DNA from: Nitrososphaeraceae archaeon
GTDB taxonomy: Archaea; Thermoproteota; Nitrososphaeria; Nitrososphaerales; Nitrososphaeraceae
Direction: 5' to 3'
Length of the DNA stretch: 64,000 nucleotides
Assembly (NCBI GenBank): GCA_035250975.1
Contig: DATFEP010000076.1
Span: 1-64,000 of the forward strand
Positions 20,862 to 30,948 of the stretch are shown here, piece after piece. The notes beneath the pieces are model-generated. The model had not been told where the DNA came from and did not search any database. It saw only the letters and a list, made by a program, of their open reading frames with translations. Each line of letters opens with the position of its first letter. Within the stretch, counting starts at the first letter, position 1. Made by a program: the position numbers and the translations under genes.

Positions 20862-21749
20862 ATGCATAGCGTGGGATTCAAGATAATTAATTCGATATGT
20901 CTATCGTTAGCCATGATCCTTGTTTTGTTTTATAGCAATGCTTATGCACATACGTTTTCAAGCGACGAAAGTGCTTCATTTCTAATAACGATAGATGAAA
21001 TTAAAGCCCAGGGAGACTTAATTCAGATGGCTATAAACAGCAAAGATACAGAATCCATTATATCCCACATGAACAAATTAAAAGACCTTTACAGTGAAGA
21101 TATAAACAAAGAGATATCGGAAAAGAGTAAGAGAATTTCTACTGAAATCTATTCGATCGTAAATTCAATTAATTCCACAAATTATGATGAGCCAAATATA
21201 AAGTCTAAAATGCTAGGCCTGAACGATGTGTTAGATGAATCAATATCAATAAGGCTATCACCCGGTGCTGAAAATAATTCTACTGTTCAAGCACTAAGAT
21301 TTGCTGGACTCGTTAATTCTATAGATAAATATTATGTAAAGACATTTCATAAAGAACCAATGAATATGTCACAGATGAACAAAATGAAGAAAAATCATGG
21401 CTCGATTATGCCTATGAATCCAAAGGACAATCAATCTTTAATCACTGATTCAACTGCATACAATACTGCAAAAAAATTATTGATTACATTGAAATCTGTT
21501 TTTGACTCAAAATTAAAACAGGCTGATTTAAAAACTGGAGATAACAGCTTAGACATAATAAATAAGGGACTTGAAAATCTCACATCTACAATAAATGATA
21601 AAAAACCTTATGAAGAAGCTATGAAAATAATTCATGGTATAATTCAACCCACATTACAGGAAAAATTTAACCTCAAATTGGACCAAGCTTTATCAGCTAA
21701 ACCTAGTAATAATACAAAAGAACATTTGCCTAATATGACAGTGCATTAG
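20862..21749 (+). CDS. Secreted HTF-family helical protein with a Met-rich loop (start revised from 20808)
   Basis: AYA-HTFSSDESASF; HKEPMNMSQMNKMKKNHGSIMPM; IIHG. Confidence 0.8.
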   Translation: MHSVGFKIINSICLSLAMILVLFYSNAYAHTFSSDESASFLITIDEIKAQGDLIQMAINSKDTESIISHMNKLKDLYSEDINKEISEKSKRISTEIYSIVNSINSTNYDEPNIKSKMLGLNDVLDESISIRLSPGAENNSTVQALRFAGLVNSIDKYYVKTFHKEPMNMSQMNKMKKNHGSIMPMNPKDNQSLITDSTAYNTAKKLLITLKSVFDSKLKQADLKTGDNSLDIINKGLENLTSTINDKKPYEEAMKIIHGIIQPTLQEKFNLKLDQALSAKPSNNTKEHLPNMTVH

Positions 21750-21752
21750 AAA

Positions 21753-22553
21753 TTGCATAAAGCCTTCCTACCTTCATTTCTCTTTTTTGTACTCTTTATC
21801 AATTTTCAAATTGATCGCTCTTATGCACATAGTTTTACCATGGATGACTCTATTTATTTTATTTCCCTAGTAAAACAGACGGAATTGGAATTAAAATTTG
21901 CAACGAAATATTTTCCATCCAATGTTACGTTATCATTAGACCATCTTGATGAACTCATTCCTAAACTTACCGACCTGTATTACTTTAATGATGCATTCGT
22001 AGATGACCAAGATTTTATAGATAGATACAATAAGGATGTATATTCCACAAACACTACTACTCATGCTTTAGTGGTAAGTACACTAGTTGATATTTTATTA
22101 AATAAGTATGCTGCATCTATTAACCTGAATTTTGACCTTACAAATATGTCTAATTTACTAGTATTTGTTAACTCAACTGAATTAAAGGATACTGTCAAAG
22201 GCAATATTTATGAGACTGGTTATAAACCCTCAGATACAAAAATCAACATAAGTGAACGTGATTACAAATTACTGTTTTCAAAGAATAATGTGATTATCGA
22301 TCATTCAGATTATCTTGTTGCAAGGGAGTTATCAAAAGAGGTAAATACAATATTTTATCTTTATCTTAAATCCTTTGAGGGATTAAATAAGGAAAATATT
22401 AACAATGTTCTAAGGCTGGAAAATAATTTACAAACTTTAAATGTTATGGTTGAAAACAAAGAATCGCCTTCTGAAATCATGAAACTCGTACACCTGGAAA
22501 TTCATCCTACAATGCAAAAAATTTATTCGTTAAAAATAAATCAAACAAAATAA
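21753..22553 (+). CDS. Secreted HTF-family helical protein (third paralog)
   Basis: SYA-HSFTMDDS.YF; N.TTHALV; LVHLEIHP. Confidence 0.78.
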   Translation: MHKAFLPSFLFFVLFINFQIDRSYAHSFTMDDSIYFISLVKQTELELKFATKYFPSNVTLSLDHLDELIPKLTDLYYFNDAFVDDQDFIDRYNKDVYSTNTTTHALVVSTLVDILLNKYAASINLNFDLTNMSNLLVFVNSTELKDTVKGNIYETGYKPSDTKINISERDYKLLFSKNNVIIDHSDYLVARELSKEVNTIFYLYLKSFEGLNKENINNVLRLENNLQTLNVMVENKESPSEIMKLVHLEIHPTMQKIYSLKINQTK

Positions 22554-22685
22554 TTTTTTGCTATTTTATCACTTTATCATTTTTATTTGTGTAATATGAA
22601 AAAGGCACTAAATAAGATTCAGCTTTTTACTAATATAAAATATTGAACTATAAAATAAAATGAATAATAAATATAGTGAATATTC

Positions 22686-23285
22686 TTATATTATTTCTCT
22701 TGATTTTGTATCTTTTCTATTATATGTCAATAGAAAACCTAATCCTCCTAGTATTATCCCTAAAAGTAATATCATAATTGCAAAAGATATGGGTTCAATG
22801 AAAGGAGCCAATATTTCGTGTGCTTGTGCAGCATTAAATCCTTTTCCTCCAACATTTTGTGGAAGCATTGCTGCTCCGCCTATATATCCAGCATACATTA
22901 ACATACCCATGGCCGATGTTGTTCCAAGATTCATAAGCAACAGATGTGTCCAAGCTAGTAGTTTAGTTAGGCGTTTGTTATAGGGCTTTGCTAATATCTT
23001 TTCAAGATAATAGTAGAATAGAGCAGAGACAGCAACCCCTATTACCCCAACAACCACATACATAATATAACCAAAAGTAAACCAAGTTCCCGCACCCCCA
23101 GCTGCAATTACTCTTGAAATTTCTGGTTTTAGATAGGATATTTGACTAAAAACAAGAAAAATTGTTAAACCAACGATGATTGCTCCTTGAATAATGGCAG
23201 CATAGATAAATCGATTCGTCCATATTATAGATAAATTGCTATTAGCACAATTGTTGTTATTTTCGCTTTCTCTATTTGAATTCAT
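22686..23285 (-). CDS. Multi-pass membrane protein, loosely resembling the C-terminal part of heme-copper oxidase subunit I
   Basis: 4-5 TM helices; WTHLLLMNLG; QAHEIL. Confidence 0.65.
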   Translation of the reverse strand: MNSNRESENNNNCANSNLSIIWTNRFIYAAIIQGAIIVGLTIFLVFSQISYLKPEISRVIAAGGAGTWFTFGYIMYVVVGVIGVAVSALFYYYLEKILAKPYNKRLTKLLAWTHLLLMNLGTTSAMGMLMYAGYIGGAAMLPQNVGGKGFNAAQAHEILAPFIEPISFAIMILLLGIILGGLGFLLTYNRKDTKSREII

Positions 23286-23511
23286 TTTTTTTGCTCTTTA
23301 TTATGTATACTAACCTATAAGATAGAAATAGATTATGGTTATAATATTTATTCTCTGATTACGGTATAATGTACATTTTAATTAAATATATAATTTTTGA
23401 TAAATCTTTATAGTAAATTAGAGGTTTCCCATTGAATATTCTATAATATAATTTTAAATTATAATTATGATAACCTTTTTACATTATACCCATTCTTAAC
23501 GATACTTGACA

Positions 23512-23870
23512 CATTCATTTCACAGATTCTCGAAATGGCATTGTGAACAGGTAATGAAATCAATAAAAAATAAAAATGCTTATGGGTCATATAATAAGAA
23601 TTTGCAATTCTTATTATAAAACATCCGAAATATAAAATATTGATTCTTTTTAAAAGGCAATTAATGTCTTAAGCATATTAAAATAACAATAATGAAGATA
23701 TAGAAAAAGAGATTAAAGAATTAAAGGAAAAGAATGAAGATAATGATATATTATACAATCAAAGGTTCAAGAAAGAGATGATGCGATAGTGAACCTATCA
23801 GGTCAAGTTATGAAATTGATGAATGATATAACAGAATTAAAAAATCAAAGATTTGACTTAAAATTTCAAT
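23512..23870 (+). mobile_element. Tyrosine integrase C-terminal pseudogene
   Basis: HSFHRFSKWHCEQVMKSI, then MLMGHII..CNSYYKTSE..., KAINVLSI and coiled-coil tail RDDAIVNLSGQVMKLM; multiple stops. Confidence 0.65.
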
Positions 23871-24235
23871 AATTTATTATATGAATTGTCTATGTCTGTT
23901 TCTATTTTTTTAACTCGTTCGTAAATGTATTATATGTTATCTTCGGATAGTAGGTAAATTGTTTTTATTTTGTCTTACTTGGTAGGTTTTGGAGTGTAGT
24001 TATTCAAGATTTTCGCATTCATACACACTAAATCTATAATGGAAGATTTCGACTTGTCTCCAATTCTGTCTCTAATTGTATTAATATACTTTTGATGGAT
24101 ATTATATAATTTAGCGGATCCTCCTGGATCATCGCTTTTCCAGTTATATCGTTCAGATAAATAAAAATTTAAATGAGAATTTCATTTTGCAGAATAATCA
24201 ATATATTTAAATATAGTTGACAGATCTGCCATATT

Positions 24236-25333
24236 ATGAAAATAACAAATCTTTATTATATTGTACTATTAATTATTGTCTTATTTCCAACGTCAATGGC
24301 ATTGGCAGAAGAAAAAACTAATATCAATAATTCTTCTTTAGTACCATCATCTTCAATTTCATTAAACAGAACAAATGTTGATTTTGCTACAAATATAGAA
24401 TTTATAAAGGGGCATTTATCTGCTGCAATTTCAAATAAGCAAATGGGAAATAATGAACTTGCACAGACACATACTTTTCATCCAATACATGAAATATATA
24501 CATTGATTAGAGATCAAATATCATCTGCAGATACTGAATTAAATAATACGTTAATTAATTCATTAAACAATCTAACATCCATAGTTTTTACATCTACATC
24601 TCCTGAATTTATTGATTCTGCGTCTTCTATCAAGAATTTATTAAATAAAGCAATGATTAACGTTATACCAGAAAATGAGATTGCTGATATTAAATTTAAT
24701 ATGAGTACGTTAATCAATCTACTTAAAACTGCTGAATCAGAATATGGTATAGGAATAGAAAATGGTACAATTACAAATATAGCAGAATATCAAGATGCTC
24801 AAGGTTTCGTTTCATCTGCCAATGAACTGTTCAAACAAACAATTAACAATTTAAATGAAACAATGACTAATAAGTTTACAGAAATTAAAGATTCACTTGA
24901 TCAATTAAATACATCTATGAGTAATAAAGAAGATGCAAAACAGATTTCCACAATAGTCAATAAGGTAACAAATGCTATACCAACCGTACTAAATGTACAG
25001 GTCAAGGATCTTGCAATTCTTGTTTCAACAGAGAAAGAATCAACAGAATTAATAGATAATATTCGTAATCTATTAGATCAATCTATTGAAAAGATAAAGA
25101 ATGGTGATTATCAGAATGCTGAATCTTTAGTAATAGAAGCATATTTAGATAACTTTGAATTTTTAGAGGGCGATATAGCAAAATACGATGAATCACTTTT
25201 GAAGGAAACTGAAGTTCTATTAAGGGAGCAACTACGTAACCTCATACAAGGAAAAGCCAGTCTAGATGATATACAAAAAATGGTAGATAATATAAATACT
25301 AATTTAAATGAGATAGAAAAATTATTACAATAA
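24236..25333 (+). CDS. Secreted helical-bundle metal-uptake-associated protein (FTR1-associated / DUF5059-like)
   Basis: IKGHL..A, HTFHPIHEIY, EYQDAQGF, EAYLDNFEFLE motifs. Confidence 0.65.
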   Translation: MKITNLYYIVLLIIVLFPTSMALAEEKTNINNSSLVPSSSISLNRTNVDFATNIEFIKGHLSAAISNKQMGNNELAQTHTFHPIHEIYTLIRDQISSADTELNNTLINSLNNLTSIVFTSTSPEFIDSASSIKNLLNKAMINVIPENEIADIKFNMSTLINLLKTAESEYGIGIENGTITNIAEYQDAQGFVSSANELFKQTINNLNETMTNKFTEIKDSLDQLNTSMSNKEDAKQISTIVNKVTNAIPTVLNVQVKDLAILVSTEKESTELIDNIRNLLDQSIEKIKNGDYQNAESLVIEAYLDNFEFLEGDIAKYDESLLKETEVLLREQLRNLIQGKASLDDIQKMVDNINTNLNEIEKLLQ

Positions 25334-25601
25334 AATTTTTTTAATTTTTTAAGGTATTTAAATTAAATTGATCGAGTGATCTAGCTATATATTCCTAGAA
25401 ATTAATATCAACTAGAATTTATGATACTTCGGTTTTTTAAGGATTATAAAAATCAAGAGAATAGAATAATAATATGTTATCTAATATATGTTACTGTCAG
25501 CATGAAATATTTAATATAATATTGTAAAATTTACAGAAAAATTAACAAGAACTAAAAATTATATAAATTTATCATATATGAATTTACCTATTTAAAATAA
25601 T

Positions 25602-25880
25602 TTAACAGCTTGGCGAAATTAGGAAACCATATCTAGAACACAAATCATTTAGATTGTTTGATATATCGTGAACTATAAGATCATATACTGATACTACAGC
25701 TAATGTACAAACAAACAGTACAATCAACGCTATCATTACCATTGTGGCATAGTTTTCGACTTTACTTTTTTCTACATACAATTGGGGATATTTACTATAC
25801 AAATCTTCTATATAACCTTTATAGTACATTATTGAAAATGAGAATATTACAGACCTATTTATTAAGAACATTTTCTCCAC
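25602..25880 (-). CDS. Small membrane protein (start uncertain)
   Basis: One strong TM segment; C-terminal C..YGFL..P.C. Confidence 0.4.
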   Translation of the reverse strand: MEKMFLINRSVIFSFSIMYYKGYIEDLYSKYPQLYVEKSKVENYATMVMIALIVLFVCTLAVVSVYDLIVHDISNNLNDLCSRYGFLISPSC

Positions 25881-25986
25881 ACACGAATTATATAAAAATT
25901 AGCACCAAAGATAAATTATTTACATAAATTTAATGCCACACGCCAAAACGTAAAACTTATTATAAAAAATAATTTAGTTATAGTTG

Positions 25987-26418
25987 TTATGGCAATACAA
26001 CTAATTTCCCTGTCATAGTTGGTAGATGATATATACAGTAGTAGGTGAATATCCCTTCTTTATCCGCAACAAAATTAATTGTTGAATTTTGTCCTCCTTT
26101 CAGATCCTCATTGATACTATATGGAGCATCTAAAGTAAATGTATGTGCTTCATTTGTTTCAGTGTTATAGAATTTTATACTTACGTTGTCGCCTTTCTTT
26201 GCAACAATTGTCTGCAAGGTAAAAGCATCATGTGGGATCTTTAAAAATTCTTCTTCAACACCCTCTATCTCTGCTGGAAAGAGATAGTAAGGCATTGATG
26301 CTCCTATCGCTTTTGTTCCGGTTGTATTCTGTGCAAATATTGTATTCCCAAAAAACGAAGGGATAGAAATAGAAAGTATTGCTACACTCGTTATAAGAGA
26401 AAGCAGAATTACTTTTAT
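25987..26418 (-). CDS. Secreted cupredoxin (type-1 Cu); signal peptide begins at an ATA codon
   Basis: AHTFT...YYCIYHLPTM ligands; in-frame upstream IKVILLSLITSVAILSISIPSFFGNTIFA-Q from ATA 26418. Confidence 0.8.
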   Translation of the reverse strand: MKVILLSLITSVAILSISIPSFFGNTIFAQNTTGTKAIGASMPYYLFPAEIEGVEEEFLKIPHDAFTLQTIVAKKGDNVSIKFYNTETNEAHTFTLDAPYSINEDLKGGQNSTINFVADKEGIFTYYCIYHLPTMTGKLVVLP

Positions 26419-26884
26419 GTGTTATTTGTGTGAAAGTTATGGAAATATTTTAACTTTTATACGATCTTTACTTAAGACAGGTATTCTTTACGAAAAACTA
26501 AGAAAAAAGGATTTCATTAATAACTTCATTTTCTAAAGTTGGAATAAAATATATGATTATATATTAGGCTTACCTAACTATAGCGGCGTCTGGAAGACGT
26601 TGGCATTGTCTCTCCAAATAGATCAAACCAGTCATTAGACATGATCTCAGATGTAGGTGGATAATTATATGATCTACATCTGAGATTTTCAAGTGTGATT
26701 TTTACCTTCTTTATTTCTCCATTTGGTCTTCATTTCTTATTCAAATGTCACTCATTTTAAATAGATAACCTGAATTATTTTCATTTTTCAACTAGCAGAG
26801 ACCATTACATATTCGTCAAGTGTATATATCGACATCATGGGATGGCATATCTTTTTATCAACGATATTAGATGTTTCCTAAAAA

Positions 26885-27799
26885 TCAACAACTATTGTCT
26901 TTTCTTGCACATATAGAATTCAATCCATTTAGATTTTTCAGAATTCTTTTTTCACAATCTGAATTTTGATTAAGAAATTCATCAGAGGTAGCACACCCAA
27001 AGAACATATCACCTGGTTGTATTGGTCCAGATTCCGTCTGTCTATCAAAGATAAGGGGTACTGAAATTTTCTGGTTTTCGCTGCCTTTGTTTAACTCATC
27101 CTGTACATTAATTGTTTTTATCTGATAGTCACCTTTGATCATTCCTACCACATACATGTCCTCAATATCTTTGGCATCGTATACAGGAACGTTTATAGTA
27201 ATTTTCGTTCTCTCTGGAATTTTGTCATTTACTGAATTTTGTCTTGTTTTATAAAATGCATTCGATTCACTGTATTTTTTCATTGTGGAAAAAAGTGTAA
27301 CTGTATCTGAATCAGTCGATAGTCCTATATTTCCTTCATCACAATCGTATATTGGAAGATTTGTTTTATCCATCTGGTTATTACCTAGCATATATGCACA
27401 TACAAAATATTCATCGTCAACCATCACACTGGAAATGTAGTTAGTTTGATTAAACTTTAGATCAACGTTTAAATTTTTATTTGGTTGTTGTTGTCGTTGT
27501 ATTTCCTTTTGATTATCTTCCAAGTCAAGAAAGGAAATCTGTCCTTCGCCATTAAGATAACCAACTACCTTGATACGGTCATAGTTTTCGATGTTTGTTA
27601 TATTGTTTAGGTCGAGTTTTGTTTTTATTGTTGTTAGTTTTGATGATATACTACTGTCTTTTTCTTCATTTTCATTATCAATATTTGATTCCGTGGGTGC
27701 GAAAGCATCTGCAGAAGAAAAAATCATTAAAGACATAGTCAAAAAGGAAATTATACATAATTTTCCACCTAGAGCATAATAATTTATTCTACATTTCAT
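26885..27799 (-). CDS. Secreted protein with two internal Cys-pair domains; duplicate of 52732-53676
   Basis: Signal peptide; EYFVCAY..DCDEG and FFGCAT..DCEKR; highly similar DNA to the second copy. Confidence 0.8.
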   Translation of the reverse strand: MKCRINYYALGGKLCIISFLTMSLMIFSSADAFAPTESNIDNENEEKDSSISSKLTTIKTKLDLNNITNIENYDRIKVVGYLNGEGQISFLDLEDNQKEIQRQQQPNKNLNVDLKFNQTNYISSVMVDDEYFVCAYMLGNNQMDKTNLPIYDCDEGNIGLSTDSDTVTLFSTMKKYSESNAFYKTRQNSVNDKIPERTKITINVPVYDAKDIEDMYVVGMIKGDYQIKTINVQDELNKGSENQKISVPLIFDRQTESGPIQPGDMFFGCATSDEFLNQNSDCEKRILKNLNGLNSICARKDNSC

Positions 27800-28162
27800 A
27801 GGTTCACGACTATTTATTGTAATTTAAATTTTGGCGTAATTATGAATATAGAGAAAGTGTAGATGGTATAAATGTAATAGCTCTGTATAACCAAGGAAAA
27901 CAAACAATAGATTTCAAATTAGGCAATTCACTGGCTGTTTCTGCACTGCTCAAATCTTAGTGGATTCCCCAATTGAAAACCTTTTTTTATTTTGGGGGTT
28001 TACAACTATTTACTCGTCTAATGGGTAAAATGTAGAACTAATAACAATTATAGAACTTTGTAAAATCAAAAATCATCTAATTGTCTAACTACTATATACG
28101 GATCCATTTGAGATCCAAATGCAATAATAAAAAGTCTTCAATTATTGTGAATTTAGTTTTCA

Positions 28163-28669
28163 TTATGCTAATTTATCAAATATACGTAAGATACTATCAA
28201 AGAAATTGTCGCTATTGCCGCTTCTAACTTTCAGGTCAAAATTTGCAATTATCGGTATTACTTCATAATTCCTGTCGCCGTTTATCTTGGTTAACAAGGA
28301 TACAATATAGTCTCCATTATCTGGAAATGAAAATGGAAGACTAATGTCTCCTGTTGTGTAAAATTTAAAAGGAGTTTGAAATACAATCGAACTATTTTTC
28401 TTGTTTGAAATAATAACAGAAGAATAAATATTTTTAAGATCGCCATTTTCATCTACAATATTCAAATTTAGTAATGTAGTATTGTCACCTTTAGTGGGTT
28501 CTTTTGGATAGGATAAAAAAAGTACTTTATACTTGTCCATTTTTTTTATAACAACGTTTGGAGCATTTTCAGGTATATGAGCCTCAATTGGAGAAAAATT
28601 GACATTGATAAATAATAAAAATAATATTTGTAGTGATGAAATTAAGATCATATTTCTGTACATAGCCAA
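28163..28669 (-). CDS. Secreted YtkA/FixH-like protein with N-terminal His
   Basis: IEA-HIPE; FLSYPKEP; F.FPDNGDY.V; operator 34 nt upstream of TTG. Confidence 0.75.
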   Translation of the reverse strand: MAMYRNMILISSLQILFLLFINVNFSPIEAHIPENAPNVVIKKMDKYKVLFLSYPKEPTKGDNTTLLNLNIVDENGDLKNIYSSVIISNKKNSSIVFQTPFKFYTTGDISLPFSFPDNGDYIVSLLTKINGDRNYEVIPIIANFDLKVRSGNSDNFFDSILRIFDKLA

Positions 28670-28703
28670 TAGACGTTAACTATTTTGACATCATTAAAGT
28701 TTG

Positions 28704-28721
28704 TGGAATATTCGTCGAATA
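28704..28721 (-). promoter_or_regulatory. Operator copy (for gene 28669)
   Basis: Minus strand tattcgacgaatattcca; 2 mismatches to copy 2. Confidence 0.75.
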
Positions 28722-29165
28722 TCTGTAATTATCTATTAGTATTTTGTTCTCTTTATTCTTTATATTTTATTTCTAAGTTATTTATTTTTAAGAATCTTTC
28801 TGAATTCTAATAGCCTGATTTGCTCTTTTGAATCAATTTTATTCTATCGAGCATTAGCGCATTCATAAGGATATTCTTTTATGTTTATTATTTACGATTT
28901 ATGATTCATTATTTTGTGCAAATCAATTTCCAGGGTTCGACTCAGCCAATATTAAATCATTAGTTTTATCCTCCTATATAAAAATAGATTAGATGTATGG
29001 CTTATTTAATCATGCAAAAAATTTTTAAAAATTGCACATTAGTTTTTACTATACAACATATTCAATCGCATTGATTTTTACATTCTTGCATATTATGCAA
29101 TAGACCTAACCTTTTGAAATATCTTATATAAAGAAATAATTATCTCTATGGAAATTTACTAATAA

Positions 29166-30128
29166 TTGAGTTCAATAAATAATCTTTCTTCAACCGAATT
29201 AGAGGATTTATCACTCAAATATGATTATCCAAGTTGGTTGGTATCTAGATATTCAAAATATGTTCCTAACTTACAACTATTTCTCGAATGCATGACTAGA
29301 GATGAACCACGTAGGTACATACGTACGAACTCTATTAAAATATCTCCAGATAATCTCAGGGAAAGACTCTCATCAAAAGGATTCATTTTGGAAACAACCG
29401 ATCTAGCAGAAGTTTTCTTAATAAAGAATAATCCATATCCAATTGGAGCTACAACGGAATACCTGTTAGGATATTATTACATTCAGGATCTGAGTTCTTG
29501 TTTTACAGTGGATGCGCTAGATCTATCCAACAATCTGTTGGTTCTAGATATGGCTTCATCTCCAGGAGGAAAGACCACATTTATTGCACAGAGAATGAAT
29601 AATACTGGTTGTATTCTTGCTGTAGAACCAAATCCGGATAGATTAAAAAGATTGTTTTATAATATAGAACGTTGTGGGGTAGCCAATACATCTATTTGGA
29701 ATATAGACGGAAAAAATATTTTAGATTACGGTTTGAAATTTGATCGAGTTTTACTTGATGCCCCCTGTAGTTGCGATGGCATTATTCAAAAGGAAAAGAG
29801 TAGAAAAACAACCTATTCCAAGGAAAGTATTACTCATTGTAGTCTAAAACAAAACAAGCTATTAGAAGTTGCTGTGGAAGTTACTAAGCCTGGAGGTTTA
29901 GTGGTATATTCTACATGTTCTCTTGCACCAGAAGAAAATGAATTCATAGTAAATTCTGTCTTGATCAAATATGATATTCGCCTAGAAGATATTTCATTTG
30001 GAGTGGATGGACTTACGCAGTTTGAGACTATCAACCTTGATAGTTCCCTTAACCTGACAAAGAGATTTTACCCACACATACATAACACTAGTGGTTTTTT
30101 TATAGCTAAATTACGACGGATTTCATGA
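29166..30128 (+). CDS. NOL1/NOP2/RsmB-F family RNA m5C methyltransferase
   Basis: VLDMASSPGGKT, DRVLLDAPCS, YSTCS..PEENE. Confidence 0.95.
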   Translation: MSSINNLSSTELEDLSLKYDYPSWLVSRYSKYVPNLQLFLECMTRDEPRRYIRTNSIKISPDNLRERLSSKGFILETTDLAEVFLIKNNPYPIGATTEYLLGYYYIQDLSSCFTVDALDLSNNLLVLDMASSPGGKTTFIAQRMNNTGCILAVEPNPDRLKRLFYNIERCGVANTSIWNIDGKNILDYGLKFDRVLLDAPCSCDGIIQKEKSRKTTYSKESITHCSLKQNKLLEVAVEVTKPGGLVVYSTCSLAPEENEFIVNSVLIKYDIRLEDISFGVDGLTQFETINLDSSLNLTKRFYPHIHNTSGFFIAKLRRIS

Positions 30129-30167
30129 AAATGACAAGACTTTCAGATAGATTGGTGAAATAAAAGT

Positions 30168-30743
30168 ATGTTTCGTGATCTTACCAGAGAGGAACTAACT
30201 CTATTTAAGAGAGAATCCAATAAATGGGGTCTATATCCTTTTTTTAAAAACAAATTAATTGTAATAAAGGAAGAAAATCTCGGTGGCAATAGAGAGAATA
30301 ATAAATTATTATTTTTAATAACAGAGAATTTAAAAAAGTTCATTTTTTATCCATCAATATATGCATCAGGTATGTTTTTGGGATCTTTGAATAATAAGAA
30401 ATTTTACCTTTCACTTTCATTTCTATTTCTTGTAAGTAAGTTTGGAAACAATTATCCATTCGTTGTAGTAAGCGATGAGGCTGAAAAACTGGTTCTTTAT
30501 GGCCGTGATATTCTGGGAGGTTCTATCATTGAATTTTCTCCCGATCTTAAAGAAAATTTACTAGTTATCATTTTTAACAAAAACAAAGAACCACTAGGTA
30601 TCGGACGTAGTCGGTTTTCTAATTCACTAATTCAACAAAAAGGAAGAATTACAGTTAGCACCTTGATGGATTTGGGAGCGTATTTACGTGAGGAAAATAA
30701 TAAATATCAATATGGTCTAGACACAAGTTTATTTCTAGATTGA
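30168..30743 (+). CDS. NIP7-like PUA-domain ribosome biogenesis protein
   Basis: MFRDLT.EE; AEKLVLYGRD; LGIG; DLGAYLREE. Confidence 0.8.
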   Translation: MFRDLTREELTLFKRESNKWGLYPFFKNKLIVIKEENLGGNRENNKLLFLITENLKKFIFYPSIYASGMFLGSLNNKKFYLSLSFLFLVSKFGNNYPFVVVSDEAEKLVLYGRDILGGSIIEFSPDLKENLLVIIFNKNKEPLGIGRSRFSNSLIQQKGRITVSTLMDLGAYLREENNKYQYGLDTSLFLD

Positions 30744-30948
30744 ATTAGTATCTTTTTTTAACGTGTAATAATTAATAACGAAATTTATTAAAACTCATAT
30801 TTGATTCTACATTTTGACTATTCTATTGTATTATTAAAAATTTCTAGTTGATTTAATAACTAAAATTTTTGGTAAGTCTAGCTAGCATTGAAAGTATAGA
30901 AAAGTCCTAAAAAACTACGATATATTTAATTTGTAAAGTTAAAAACAT

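Noticed and set aside
26808-26826. catattcgtcaagtgtata partial operator match
   Set aside because: Several mismatches; lies downstream of a gene with no clear target
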